From: Lophium mytilinum | Lineage: Eukaryota | Reading direction: 5' to 3' | Assembly: GCA_010093605.1 (NCBI GenBank) | Contig: MU004186.1 | Coordinates: forward strand, 1,716,616 to 1,780,615 | Length of the DNA stretch: 64,000 nt | Shown here: positions 1 through 13,761 of the stretch, piece by piece | Layout of the letters: each line of letters begins with the position of its first letter | Numbering within the stretch: the first letter of the stretch is position 1 | The notes under the pieces: model-generated | Databases searched by the model: none | Seen by the model: the letters and a program-made list of their open reading frames with translations, nothing else | What the model was told of the DNA's origin: nothing | Position numbers and translations under genes: made by a program

Positions 1-416
1 CCCAGCGCGAGCCACCAGCGGGCGTTCAACAATGCAGGAACCCCTCGAAAGCCAGACCATCTGCTTCCACCACATCTGATGCTCAAATAACGGCTGCCAA
101 CCTCTCCACCCTCATGAGCCAGCTCGCACATGATTCCAGCGAACACAGGGTCGAAGATGCCAACGGCATACTGACCGCGGGGAGAGATCTTGGGTTCGGA
201 GAAGTTGCTGAAAGAATCGCAGGCGAACAAGAGAGCATTGAGGCTTCCAATGGGAAGCAACCGATGGAGAGATGGTTGGAGGGCCGTGATGAAAGGCTGG
301 TCGAGGCTAGCTATCGGAACAGCCCCACTTCTTGACGGATGAAGGCCCTGGTGAGAGGGTAGGTAGAGTGCTTGACGATTCTGTCCTTCAGACTATGACA
401 GGTGATCGCTGTTTCT

Positions 417-1738
417 TTACTTAATTTTGCGGCGCAGCAAGTCTACCATATCCCGTAGTCCTTTCAATCGTTCATCTCTTGATTCGCCGAGATACAAGGC
501 TGCCACAGGCCATGCGTGAATACCACCCTTTTCTTCACCAACGTGAACTTCTACGCCCGACTTCTTAAGCAGGGATATGAGAGCTCGTGTTTCGGGTGCA
601 AGGACCTCTTCGGAACCAAAGAGGAATGCCCATCCGTTGGTAGGAGTTGCTCTTGCCCACTTCTTCAAGTCTTTGCAGTGTCCAGGTGATACCATTGGGT
701 CGTCGATAAGCACCTTAGATCCACAGTACTGACGACCGTAAAGATCGAGGCTTTCCTTGTTCAAGTAGTCGCTAGTAGTGTTACGATTATTCTCCGAAAC
801 AAGAGTCACCCACGGCGATATCATCATGGCCAAACCAGGGAGACGAGACCGGTAGGTAGAATGATCGGCCATATACAGCAAGAGACTCAGTACGACTGTT
901 GCTCCAGCGGAGTCTCCCCCAACGCAAATCTTCAATGGGTCTCTTGCAATTGATAATACGTATTGGTAGCCAGCAAATGCCTGCTGAACCTGAGTGGGAT
1001 AGACGGCGTCTGGAACAAGAGTATATTCCAGAGTGAACAGAGAGGGGTTTTGATAGCCCGAATCTTTTAGAAGTGTCACCAACGCGAGTAGAAACTCCAT
1101 GTAGAAATAGCTGGATCCCATCGAGAATCCCCCTCCTAAATAAAGTCAGCACTGCCGTCTGCAGTACGGGGGGATACACACCATGACAGTAGTAGATGAC
1201 GATGTCAGGCTGTCTAGATTGGTCGTACGTAAGCCAGACACCACGGAAACCATCCTGAGCGTGTCAGCAAATATCGGATGCAATTCAGTCGCGCATTGCA
1301 CGTACTTTATTGACCTCGTGCCAGGTGATTGGCGACTGAAGATAGCCATGTCGGAGCATCCTAAAGCGAAGAAATGGTAAGGCAACGGCCTTCGAAAAGA
1401 AGACTCTACCCAGATACGCTGGCATAGAGGCAAAAGCATATCGCACGCATCTGACAACGAGGTCCTGAAATAACGTCGCCTGCTGCACGAACGGACTTCG
1501 ATTCTGAAACGACGTGAAAAACCTTTCCTTCACGAAATGGAGGGGTAATTTGATGGCTGCATTAACTGTTAGCATGGGGCTTTCCTATAGAGGGGAGGCT
1601 TTTCCAAATACCTAGAAATGGAAGTGCTCCAACAAGCCATCGTGCTGTTCGCCAGAGTCCGACGTGGATGAGCAGTTGCGGAGCCAAGAGAAGAAGAAAA
1701 ACCAAGCAATCAAGGTAGGAGATCTGAGTCAAAATCAT
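417..1738 (-). CDS. alpha/beta hydrolase, hormone-sensitive-lipase family (steryl acetyl hydrolase Say1-like); spliced
   Basis: ATG at 1738 gives a hydrophobic N-terminus (MILTQISYLDCLVFLLFLAPQLL). Spliced YYCHG|GGF (HGGG) motif, GDSAG nucleophile elbow and C-terminal HAWP His; canonical introns. Confidence 0.85.
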
Positions 1739-2306
1739 TCTAACACTTTCGAGGGCTCTAAAGAGTGGTTACACAGGAAACAATGGAAATAAGGAAATGC
1801 AGCAAAGAAAAAGATAGATGGATGTTGATAGAAGTGTGGGAACTGCGCAGTCTTGGGCATGATGACGTCCGTGAGACTATACCTAAATTAGCCAGCACGG
1901 CTTAGTGAGATTTATTGGAATTTAAGGTAGCTGTGCTTGTGCCTGGCAAGAGATGTTCTCTTGCAATTGACGCCTACTAAACAGTTCGTCGATGTGAATG
2001 GGGCAGTTTGACGGTGAACCCTGAGGCAAGGGAACTTTACAGGTCACGTGCCTCGGGCGCCTTTCGTTCACTCCTCCAACGCCAGCTTAACAGAATTTCA
2101 CGCCGCCAACTCCCAACGACACGCCTCCTCCGACACCCGCAACCTCACCCCTTCCGCAGTCGCTGCATCCTCGCCTTCTTACCAGCTTCCCTTGGCTATG
2201 TCGTGAGCCCGCGACGGTCGACTCGGCTCTCTTGCGCTCTATTAGGCACAGGAGGCTCATCCTTCACCCACCCGCCAACGACAAAGTAGCTATCGCTCTT
2301 GTTACC

Positions 2307-5300
2307 ATGGCCGCCTCAGACATCGCCAGGTAGGCTATCCTGCCATTGCCTCGCCCTGATTCTGTCTAACGTGTTCCTCGCAGCTCTTTCGCGCCAGGCG
2401 ACATACCCGTGAAGCTACGTTGCGCCATTGACAGCAAGCTGGTCGTCAACGCGTTCCGTCTCCCATGCTGCGATCAAAATATCTGCGGATCTTGTAAGTT
2501 CTCACTACAGCCTATCTTGCTTGCTTCCATTGCTAATTATTCCAGGTCAAAGCGCTCTGCCAGAATCGTGTCCCGTCTGCGCCCACAGTCCTCTTTCTGC
2601 TGACGCATGTCAACCGAGCAAAGGCCTCCGCCTGACGGTCTCCGCTTTCATAAAGAAGGAAGAGAAGAAGCGTGAGAAGGAGCGCGCAGCAAACAACACG
2701 CCCAAGCCTGCAGCCGTAGCTGATCCAGTGCCCTTGGCGACCGCGTCGTCCAGTGAGCAAGCGCCCGATAACTCGGATCAAGCTGTTCAGAGCGTTGAAA
2801 CCTCCTCAAGCCAGCAGGATAACTCCAATCTGAATGGAGCTTCAGCGGCGGAGGTAGGGATTGCCGGGTCAGAAGCTCCGGTTGATGATAATCAGGCACT
2901 AGAGCAGCAAACGCTCGAGGTACGTTTCTCCACGCATGGCACTTGTGAATTCTTACTCATGGCGCCTAGTCAACATCGCTGCCCCAACCTCTTGATGCTC
3001 GACGGGGTAGTACAGCACAAGCTCCGGTCTCAACCCAGAGTGTAGAGCGTACCTCTGCTGCTCCTGAGAGCCAATCCCAAGACGCGCAAAATGGTGTCCA
3101 GAGCGGTTCGAATACCGAGGGACAAGACCCATCCGCAATGTGGAACATGAACGGAGGCCAAGGTCAGATGTATCCTGGCGCCTTTGGAAACTTCAACAAC
3201 GGCATGGACTGGAGCGGCACCACCGGATTTAACCCCATGATGCAAATGCCAAATGGCATGAACAGCGGCGACTGGAACAATTATTCTTCAATGATGGGTA
3301 AGTTCTTCTTCCAACAATCACCAAGCGAATTGAAGCTAACGGTTGTTTAAGGCATGCCGGGCATGAACATGGGGCCCATGTCGCAAGGAATGTTCGGAGG
3401 ATTCGGAGGACAAGGCATGGGCATGAGTGGAATGGCGGGAATGAACATGGGCATGAACTATGGCGGTGGTTATGGGACAGGTTGGAACGGGCAACAGATG
3501 AGTGGCGGTGACTTTGGTGGCGCGAATGCAGGATATTATCCCGGTGGTGGATATAATCAATCATCGCAGGGAAATTTCCCACATCAGATGCACCAGCAAC
3601 AGTTCCCCAAGAATAATTTCCAGAACCAAAATCGTTTCCAGGGCCAGGGAGCGTATCCACAGAGGGGTGGTTTTGGTCGAGGTCATCAAGGCAATCTTGC
3701 CACTCAAAATCAGGGTCAGGCCTACGGCCAGAACCAGGTTCCCACCAGTCAGAATCATTCCGAACAAAAGCACGACGACACCACCGACAGACAGACTTCC
3801 TCAGGGCTACAAGATTCATCAATTCGAATGACTGTGGAGCAATCACAAGCTCCTCCAGATACTGAGGCAGACGGGGTAGAAGGTGCGCCAGAGAAGGCAT
3901 CTGATTCAGCGGAGAACCCTGGGCTTGACGCGTCCACCGGAAATAGTGATATCAAGGCAGAAGGTGAACAAAACGCTAACAGTATCAATGCATCAGGTTC
4001 GGAGCTTGAAACCAACGAAATTGTAGACGCGACCGCATTGACTAGGCCAGCAGAAGAGTTCGCCGAAGACACCTCCATGAATGCCAATATGGATACGCCT
4101 ACCCAACAATTCCAGCCTATTGCCACTGTCGATACGTCGGAACCGTTTTCGCAACCGTTTGACCATCAAAACATGAACATGAACATGAACATGGGGATGG
4201 GAATGGGCATGTCACATGATATGATGGGTCAAGTGTATCCCGGGCAGCCCCATCAAATGGGGATGATGGACCCATACTCGCACAGAGGCCGCGGGGGTGC
4301 ACGGGGCGGATTTGGACGCGGCGTAGGACATGACTTTCGCGGTGGTTTTGGCGGACGAGGTGTTCAAGGTGGGGGATTCATGGCTACGGGCGCTTTTGGT
4401 GGTAGTAATACAGCCGTTCTACCGCATAGCGGAGATGTGACGGTCTTGACTCCTGGAGAACCACGAGGCCTGGGTGTTGAAGGAGCCCCTACTGGTCCGA
4501 AGGCCATGCGTGAAGGGCGCCCCAATACGGGATTCGCAAGCCGTGGACGATTCTCTGGACCTCACGTATCAGGAGCTCCACACGTAACCCCCGATGTATC
4601 TGCGACGGGATCACAGACCCGACCCAGGAGGTAATATAGGCCAGCTTCTAACATTTACCATCCGACTAACTCGAGTAACAGCAAAACACCCATGCGGGAC
4701 GACTCGCTACGAGTCCGCTCCAAGTCGCGATCGAAGTCACCCGTGAGAGAAAAGCCAAAATCCAGGTCTCCCTCCCGATCGAGGGAAAATCGACGACATC
4801 GGGACCGCTCCCTGACGCCTACTACCGAAGATGGATCACGTGAAAAATATCGGGAGTACGATAACCGTCGCTCTTCCCGAAAGTACAACGACGATGAACG
4901 GGAAGACTTCCCGGAAGAGTTTTATCGAGAAGAGTTAAAGGAGAAGAGCAAGGAAGACCCATCTCGAGGCACTTCAGTTGAGTCGCGATACCGCAGCCGA
5001 CGTGATCGAGAAAAACACCGCTCATCACGATCTCACCGGGATCGAAGTCGCGAACACCGACGCCACAGGCACAGATCTCGATCAAGGAGTCCCGTGGTTG
5101 ACGAAGTACTCGAAGGGGATGAGAATGGCAACGACCTCCCAAGCGAATCCAGCAGCCGACGTAAAGGGCGCAGTGAAAAGTACAGGGACCGAGAACGAGA
5201 CCGTGAACGGGAGCGAGAAAGGGATAGGGACCGTGAGACCGAACACGACAGAGATAGGGATCGAGGGAAAGACAGGCGTAGGGACCGAGAACGAGAGCGC

Positions 5301-6113
5301 AAGCACTCACGACGGGACCGCTCTAAATCCCCGCGAAACGCTTCGGACGAGGAACGTCACCATCGGTCATCAAAACCAAGCCACAAAGAGCGTGAACGGG
5401 ATCGTGAATATACGCGTGGTCATTCACAATCCAGAGACCATTCTCCCCCTATCACCGCTCCCACCGGACCATCCAAAGCCCCCGCCGCGGAAACAGAGTT
5501 CAAGATCCAAGGGCGCTCCAGAGGCCGCGGCTCGTCGACCGTCGCGCCCATCGCAACAAACATGCCGCCGCCTACGCAGCCCAAATCTTCTCAGGCCGTC
5601 TTCCAGCCCCCCAAGGGCCCCGCTGCTGAACGCTCCAACGACCGTGACCGCGACCGCGATCGTGGCTCTCGACGCCGTCCCTCATCCTCCGTCCCTTCAA
5701 CGCCCATCACGCCCACGACGCCAACTACTCCTGCAGTCGACCCTCACACTCTCGAGCGTGAGGCCCGCAACCGCGAGCGCATGCTGAAAGAGGCGCAGCG
5801 CCGTGCTTCGCTGCAGAACCCCAAGTCTTCTTTCTCGTCCGCAGAGAAGAAACGCTCTAGAGACGCTGTTGAGGATGAGGACGACAAGCCGTTCACTCCG
5901 CCGACAGGCCCGAGCTCGCAGCGGCGGAAGCGCCGGCGCGAGAGCGACACTGGCGGCAGCTCGAAACTGGAGGATCGAGTCGGCGGGAAGGGGAAGAAGG
6001 GCAGGGAAGGAAGGCGGATGAGTTACAAGTACGAAGACGAGGAGAATGATGAGGCGAGGGCGAGGCGGCTTGAAAAGATGGAGCGGGAGAGGGAGGAGAG
6101 TCGGTGGAATTGA
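2307..6113 (+). CDS. N-terminal RING-finger protein with Gly/Met/Gln-rich, RGG and RS/RD/RE-rich regions; putative nuclear RNA-processing factor; spliced
   Basis: Exons join to MAASDIASSFAPGDIPVKLRCAIDSKLVVNAFRLPCCDQNICGSC...CPVC (RING-like Cys spacing). ORFs 3354-4634 (RGG) and 4692-6113 (RS/RE/RD) are linked by GT-AG introns. Confidence 0.75.
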
Positions 6114-6551
6114 GGGATCCGCAGAGTGTGTATAAATCCATGCACTCTGTTGCAACTCCCCTGATGCAATTGTCGGTCTCGGATTTCTCATTGGCGTGGG
6201 TTGCTTTGCCTCTTGGCTTAGTAGGAGGCTCTGTCAAGCACGTTGGCCTCACGAGCTCATCTCCACTTTGCGTTGTAGGGCTGCTTCTAGGGCGAGGTCC
6301 TGGGCATTGGTGGTTCTGGCGTCTGGGTCCATGGAAAATGCCATAAGGTACATAACATACAATCAAGACAGATGATCTTCATAGCTTTGGTATGGTCTTT
6401 GCGTGATGTGTGCGAATGTGGAAATGTATCATAGAATAAGGACTGGCCTAGCTTGGTGAGATTTCACGCGAACTAACGTTGCACCTGGGAGCGGCAGCTT
6501 TGGGAAACGTTTGCAACAAGAATACGAATCAACTAATTTACAATCACTAGC

Positions 6552-9496
6552 TTAGCCCAGTCCTTCTCGACCACCATCACTCCCTTCTCCATCTGCCTCA
6601 TCTCCGAGCAAGCCCCTCTCCTCAGCGCTACCTTCTTGCCTCAGAACACCTTGCCCGGCCCCGGTCTCGCCTTTCTCATCCGCCCCATTCAGGATGAACC
6701 ATACATCCTTCTTCGTCAATAGGCCTTTTAGCGTGCCCCGATCAACAAAGAGAACGTAGCGAAGTCCTAACTTCTGAAACATGCTAACAGTGAGTTGAAA
6801 GCTCGCCTTCGCATTGAGAGTGATTGGTGTATGGTCCATCCACGGTCTGAGATCGAGGCTTGTCGTAGGATCCGAAAGCGGTTGGTGGGAAAAATACGCT
6901 TCAGTGTCGGCTGTGAGGTTTCGAGAATCTGACAAAGCGGTAGAAAGAGCGAACGAAAGCTCGGCACGAGATATATAACCTAGGAGAATAGCATCCCGAG
7001 GGTTGTCGATGACGGGGAAGCCACGGAAGGCGTGAGCGCTCAAAAGATTTCGGAGGCTTTGGATGGTGTGGCCAGTGGCTGTGATGACCATCAAATCCTC
7101 GATTCGTGTCATGACCTGAGATGCGGGTACATCGGGGATGGACGAGCTGTTGTCGTCCCGATTGTCCAAGAAGGGATAGCCGTTGAGGTGAATCCATGAT
7201 TCGTATATCCCTCTTGGGGATATCGCGTCGCCGACCCATTTGCTTATCATAACCGCAATCATAATGGGGAGGACGTAGGTGAGAGCGCCTGTGAGCTCGA
7301 ACATGATGACTACGATAGACACAGTCATGCGAGTTGCGCCGCCAAGCGCGGACGCAGCACCGATGATAGCGTAAGTGCCGGCCGTAACGCAAGGGACGTC
7401 AGGCTCGCACGATGCGAACGCGATGAAGTTGGGATGATTTGCTTGCCAGACTTCGACAATGAGACCAATGGCTCGTCCGTAAAGAGCTCCGATAGCCATC
7501 GATGGAAGAATGATACCCGCAGGTATTTGAAGGCCAAATGTGATGCTTGCCAACACAAATCCTAGCAGGGCAGAGATAAGAAGAAGCGCGACGACGCCAG
7601 TATTTGCTTTCCCACTTTTGCAAAGACCCAACGTGTCGTCTGTCAGATCCACGCATTCGGCGAACAAAAAGTAGACCAGCTCAGAAGCTTGTGCGCGCAT
7701 GAACTTGATCGGAAAATTTATGAGTGCTGTAATCAAGGTGACAACTGCCACTTCTACGATCGGACCTTTGAAGATCGGATTCGTCTTTCGCCATTCGGCA
7801 ATCCGCATGTTGAGCTTGATGAACAAGCCGCCATAGAGTCCTCCGAGGATGCCTAAGAGGGCAAAAGGTATCATTTCAAACCCGTGCCATCCAGAGTGGT
7901 ACGTGACTTGGTACAAGACTAGCTTGCCAGATCTGAATGGATTGAAGGCCTGAAGAGTGACAGCCGCCACCATGGCGCAAACGAAGCTTTGCCACATGGT
8001 TTTATCTGGAAAATAATATGACAGTTGCTATTTAAAGTTAGCAGTGTCAAGATCAAAGTCAAAAATGATTGCATACCTCGAGACTGAATAAAACACCACC
8101 GATAGGAGAACCAAACGCCACTGATATACCTGCCGCAGCCGCGGCGGATAAGATTTCTCGCTTTCGTGCTAGGGAGATCATCAGCTAGATCCTGGATATG
8201 GACGGAGAAGCACGTACCCTCATTACTATTGACGTTGCTGAATAACTTCATAAAAAGATTTGCACAGCAGCAAGCAACATGGACGAGGGGGCCCTCTTTG
8301 CCTAACCACAGACCAGATGCAACCGCAAGACACTGCACATTTTGTCAATAAACAATCCTACAATAAGAGCAACACTACTTACCAGACCTAGCGATTTGAC
8401 AATCAAAGTCCATGTTCCCAAGAAACGCCTGATGACGAAGCCTCCCAAAACGGTCTTTATTTCGGGTATACCGCTATGCTTTGAGTAGACAGCAAAATTC
8501 AAAACCAGTACACTAGCACAAACAGCAAAAAGAACCTAGTTCGATCAGATTCGCTCATGAAAGTACTGGGTCAATAAACATACCGAAAATATCACAAAGA
8601 AAATGTACTCGACGATCCAACTTCCGCCAATCGAGTGTACACCAAGAGCACTGCTCCAACTATGCCAATCTTGACATTGTGAAAACTCTGGAGGTCTGTT
8701 AGTTTGTATTACGCACCTCACTCTCCTAACTCACCATTATATCCCCAACAGCAGAACCCTTTGTTCAGATAAAACTTCCCGTCCCCATTGACATTGCTGC
8801 AATAACCTGTCTTCAAATCACCTAACCAATCACTAGCCACATCGATGAAAGCAGCTATAGCCCCACTTGCTATCCCAGCGGCTATGAGTATAAGCCATAT
8901 CTGACTAGCGTCTGCTAGCTGACGGATGTATCCAAGTATACCGGGAGAGTTCGAGTATAAAAAGCGCAGTCGTTGTCGTTCCTTGGCATACTCAAATATC
9001 CAGTCGATGGCTGTGAGATCGTCGTACCCAACGCGGCGGCCAGGGCCCTCGACATACCAGTCTAATCCTGTGGCATCTTTTGTATCCTGGATCTGCCCGC
9101 CAGCATCCCCGGGGCCATCTAAGTAGTTCAATATGCGCTCGGTGGACTCATTGCGGGTATCGATGTCTCTTAAGCGTGACACTGGAGTCCTTGGTAATGG
9201 TGAATTTTGCCGACTATTGCCTGAGAGTGGAGAGGAGAGGAATCGCGGTATGGAGAAGGGAGAGCTTGCGGTTGCTTTCTGCTTGCGCTTGAAGGATAAT
9301 CTACATTGAAAAGCATTAGCTCAGCAACACGGTAGAGATACCGCAAGATGGACCTCTCTGGAAGCGAATGCTCTAGTGGATCGGAAGAAAGCAGGGTCTC
9401 TTCGTTATCGCTGATGTCGTCCTCGATGGTAGGCTGCCTGCTGGAGGAGGGTGCGGCCCGCCCTTGGTTGGAATGGTTCGATGACGAGCTGGACAT
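6552..9496 (-). CDS. CLC-family chloride channel/transporter with C-terminal CBS domains; spliced
   Basis: [23 protein letters not shown] and GIILP signature motifs, many TM segments and a CBS pair (FRGFPVID...[10 protein letters not shown]). Confidence 0.95.
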
Positions 9497-10174
9497 CCCC
9501 TCGGTTTATGCGCGACGGCTTGTATAGTATCATTCTTCTAGGCAAACATGGTCCAGTGTAGCTCCGAGAGCTTCGTCAGATGTTGATATTGAGGCTGTGA
9601 ATACGATAGGTACGGTTGGCTGCATAGGTACTCAGCGCATGAAACAAATTGCCAAGACATGACTAAGTCGACCTCGAGGTACTCCTTCGCCTTTGCAGTA
9701 TTGATCTCCTTCAACCTCCATTTTCAACGTGGTCGAATCCTGAAGTAGTGTTTCCCTCCTCGTTTCGAAGTTGGCCCTGGCAAAATGAAATTCTCTTACC
9801 GATAGTCCCACTACATGGTCAATAAGGCTCAAAACACAAAGGACTATGTTCCTTGAATGTTGCATCAGCGAATGCCGGATATCAGCGGTAGCGGTCCTTA
9901 CATCACGAACTGCGTATTTCTCGTCACAGACTTGAGCCGAGAGTCGTCCTCTAGAAGACGTATATCTACTCGCCGTAAAAAAGCGACGCCTTGCTACCTA
10001 TCTCAAAACCGTCTCAGAATCTTCTCCGGGCGATGGCCTGAGTGACCGTAGATATCCGAGTATCCCAGCTTACGTACTGCAAGATGTAATACATAAATAT
10101 GCAAAGTGATCGATGACTCCTCTCTCCTCATCCCAATCATATCTTTGTCCTCTTTCTTCAAAGTACTTCTCAGC

Positions 10175-11489
10175 ATGTCTCATATCGTAGTGATCGGGTA
10201 CGTTTCTCAAGATCTCAGTAAATGCCACCTCCAATTCTAAACTCTGATTCTTCTCCAGCGCGGGCGTGATAGGCCTTCAGACGGCAGTATCTCTGCTGGA
10301 AGCCGGGTACAAGGTCACGATCATAGCAAAGCACTTTCCTGGAGAAGGGACAATTGAATACACCTCGCCTTGGGCAGGAGCCCAATGGAGAACCCACGCA
10401 ACGGCAGACCAGAAAGACGAATGTGAATGGGACATTGCAAGCTACAAGCAGTGGGCAGACGTAGTTCAAAGCGATCCAGAGAGGGCTAAAGAGATGGGTA
10501 TTGAGGTAGGATTTCCAGCTTCTATCTGAACGTGCTCCTTGGGTCTATATACCATAAACTGACCATTCTTCCTTACCAGGCTTACCCCTCCTACTTCTAC
10601 TGGTAAGACCCCCATCACAACGCACCCCAGCACTCACAACCACCCACTCACATACTCCAGGGCAACTGAGACCCCCGAATCCATATCCCCCTCTCAAATC
10701 TGGTTCGGTCCCCACATCCTCAACTTCTCCGTCCTCCCACCCACCTCCCTTCCCCCAAACACTTACGCCGGGATCCGCTACACCTCGATCGCCATCAACG
10801 CCCCCAAGTACATCTCCTACCTCCTCCACCGCGCCACCTCCCTCGGCGCAACCCTCATCCACAGCACCCTCCCAACCCCGACCCTCGCCGCCGCTCTCAC
10901 AGCCGCAGAAGCCCTCCTATCCCAACACTCCCCCGACGCCCCTCCCATATCGGCCTTCGTCAACTGCACCGGCCTCGGCGCCCGCACCCTCGTGCCCGAC
11001 GCGCTCGTACATCCGATCCGAGGCCAGACTCTCCTCGCCAAGATCACCGGCGTCGACTCCCCGGCTCAGAAATCCGAGATTCTTGAGTTCGATCCCAGTC
11101 TCTCTGTGCCGGCGATCCACACCCGCGAGGATGCCACCACGCCGAGCGTGACCTACATCATCCCGCGCCCAGGCACGGACACATGGGTGCTCGGCGGGAC
11201 GAAGGAGGTGGGGAATTGGAGCGCGGAGGCGGATGCTGGGACGACGGAGGGGATCTTGAGCAGGTGTCGGGAGCTGTGGCCTGCGCTACAGGCGCCCGGG
11301 GTGGAGATCGATGTGCTAGCGACACAGGTGGGATTACGGCCGGGGAGGACTGGGGGCGCGAGGGTGGAGGTGGAGGAGGTGGAGGGGAGGGTGGTGGTGC
11401 ATGAGTACGGGCATGCCGGGGCTGGGTTTCAGAACTCGGTTGGGAGTCCCGCGAAGGTTTTGGGGTTGTTGAGGGGGAGGGGGATCTGA
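10175..11489 (+). CDS. FAD-dependent D-amino-acid oxidase family; spliced
   Basis: MSHIVVIG|AGVIG (GxGxxG), YTSPWAGA, VNCTGLG, PIRGQT, VGLRPGR and HEYGHAGAGFQ motifs; 23-nt exon at 10580-10602. Confidence 0.9.
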
Positions 11490-12653
11490 GAGTGTTAGTC
11501 TAAGGCTCAGGAGGCATTGTTGCGGTTGAGTGCTAGATAGCGTCGTCTGAGGATGTTAAAGAAATCTACGATAGTAATGGCAAGAGTGTGTAGATGTGGA
11601 TCCTGAGTAGCGGTGTACCGAGTTGAGGGCGGTGAACCATCTCTTATCGTACATTAATTGGTGGCGGGTATCTGCAGACCGGTGAAAGAAGTTGATAAAA
11701 TCAAGTTGAATTTGTAATATGAGACCGCTTCCAGAGTTTCAGGTGGGTCGCCCAACATTCAAGGAATAAGCATGGGAAGAGAAATGGAGGACTAAATCAG
11801 CAAATGAGAGCAAACAACGAGCACTTTTCCTGAATTTCGTGGTCAATCGTGGCGAATAGCATGAGATTCGTGGAACCACTGCTGCCTAGCCACGCGATAT
11901 TACCTTTTCTTGCCTCACCAAAGCGGAGTGGTACTGTCCACCATGCGGTCCGAGAGAACAGGGCGAACCGCATATCAAGCGTAGCGTTGAGGTTGCACTT
12001 ACCAAATTCGCACGGGTAGTGCCGGGTAGTGAGGTAGTGAGGGGGCGAGGGGGCTGGCAAGGCAGACACGTCGGCCAGGACAAGGCTGAAGCGTTGGGCT
12101 CAACGCCATATACGAGGGGCTGGGAGCTGCACTGGTCGAGTGGCATTCAGCAAGCTGTCCAAATCATATAATAGAAAGATCCCGAATCCGCTTTTTTGAA
12201 ATTGAACTAGATGCGATTTGTGTTCTAGGCGGTTTTTGCATTCTGATGCCTGTCCATCCAACCCTTGTCCAGTCTGGGTATCCATACGCCAATAGTCATA
12301 AGTTTAATACAGCAGAGAAGGAATGGAATGAAACGAGTCGAAGCGGCTTCCGTACTCCGGCTATGCGGTCATGATGTCGTGGCGTCGTGGAGTCGTGAAT
12401 TAGGTGAGAAGGGGTCCGAGATCCGAAGAAATGCGCAAAGTCCTAGGAAATAAACGTCGAATCCGAAATGGGAATCCAAATCCTATCCAATCCATCAAGC
12501 AGTCTATATTTCGTCGAGTGTTGGGCATGCGCCTGCATATGCCGTCTCATTATCGAGTCTCATTTTCTGCTCCACGTGAGGAGCCATGCACGCGATGGCA
12601 TCAATGGTACCAATAGAGTACACCGAACGAACCACTTCGACCATTTAATCAGC

Positions 12654-13720
12654 TCAGCGTCTCCTCGCCGCCCCGAGTCGTTGTGTCTGGGACTCCCTCC
12701 TACCCGGCCGACCTCTCCCGTTGGTGGTTACGAACGGTTGTGGCGCTCTAGTAAGATTGTGGTTGCCACCCTTCAGCTCCTTCAAGTCGGCGTCATCAAT
12801 CAGCCGCTTCTGCCAGAGATGCTGGAACAGGTGAAAGTCTGGACGGCTCGTCTTTAGTGTCTGTCCTAGTTCGTGGTGCCACGCGACATGTTCCATGCGC
12901 GCATTCCATGCGTCTCGGCCGTCCTCATACGTTGTTTTGAACTCTTCGCACAACGGGCACTGGACGGACTTAGGTGGCTCTTCTCCGCGGAAGTGTGACG
13001 CACAGTGAGTCCGCCATTCCTCCTTGTCTTGTGATATATAAGAACAACTGAGGAACCAAAAGGCGCACTCGTAGACGGGACTGCGCAGATTCGGCCGCAA
13101 CTCTAGCACGCCGTCAATCTCCTCTAGTAACTGGAAACCCGACAACCTACTCGCCAGGCCCGTACTGACGGAAGACTCTGTAGGTGTCGCTTCGGAGTAG
13201 AGGAGGGAGGGCGCGTAGGCAGAGGCGGTCGAGGGCAGGTGTAGTTGGGTGCGGGCCATCGAGGAGCTCATGGACTGTGGATATGGGCTTGTGGGGGTCT
13301 GGGGCATGCCCGGGAGTGAATAGTATGCGGCAAAACGATCGTGGAGGTCCCTGCTGGGCTGCTGGATCCAGTCGTCGAGTTGCTGGCGGCCTTCAGAATT
13401 TGCTTGTTGGAGCTGCGAGATCAGGGACGACGCGGGGTCCATGTGTCCCTGTGGCACTGTGTGGCGCAGTCATCAGCCTCCCTGCAGGAAACTGGCAGAG
13501 TGCCAATCAGGTGAGTTCGATTCTTACTCTTTCATATCACTGTCTTGAGTCGCTGTTCGTTATGTTTCGTGGTGTTGTCTTTCGTCTCATATAATTGCGG
13601 GGACCTTCGGTGCCGCTCCGAGCTTTGGTTTCAGGATGACGACGTCGTTCGAGCACTCTTCTTAAGTATCCGTCCTCTGTCACAAGGAACCACCATCAAT
13701 CCTCGATTATTACCTGGCAT
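12654..13720 (-). CDS. uncharacterised protein with two atypical C2H2-like zinc fingers
   Basis: CAFWFLSC-x12-HCASH and CPLC...HVAWH motifs in ORF 12654-13457. A probable 7-nt first exon (ATGCCAG, 13720-13714) and intron 13713-13457 give MPVPQGHMDP. Confidence 0.7.
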
Positions 13721-13761
13721 GCGGCTCTGCGAAACTCATTGGATGTCGATCGAGGACGTCG

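Noticed and set aside
114..335. 73-aa ORF at the window start
   Set aside because: No motif, and it lies in the 3' flank of the hydrolase gene; it cannot be supported without upstream context.
4978..5787. 269-aa alternative-frame ORF within the RS/RE exon
   Set aside because: A by-product of low-complexity purine-rich coding sequence, with a non-ATG start.
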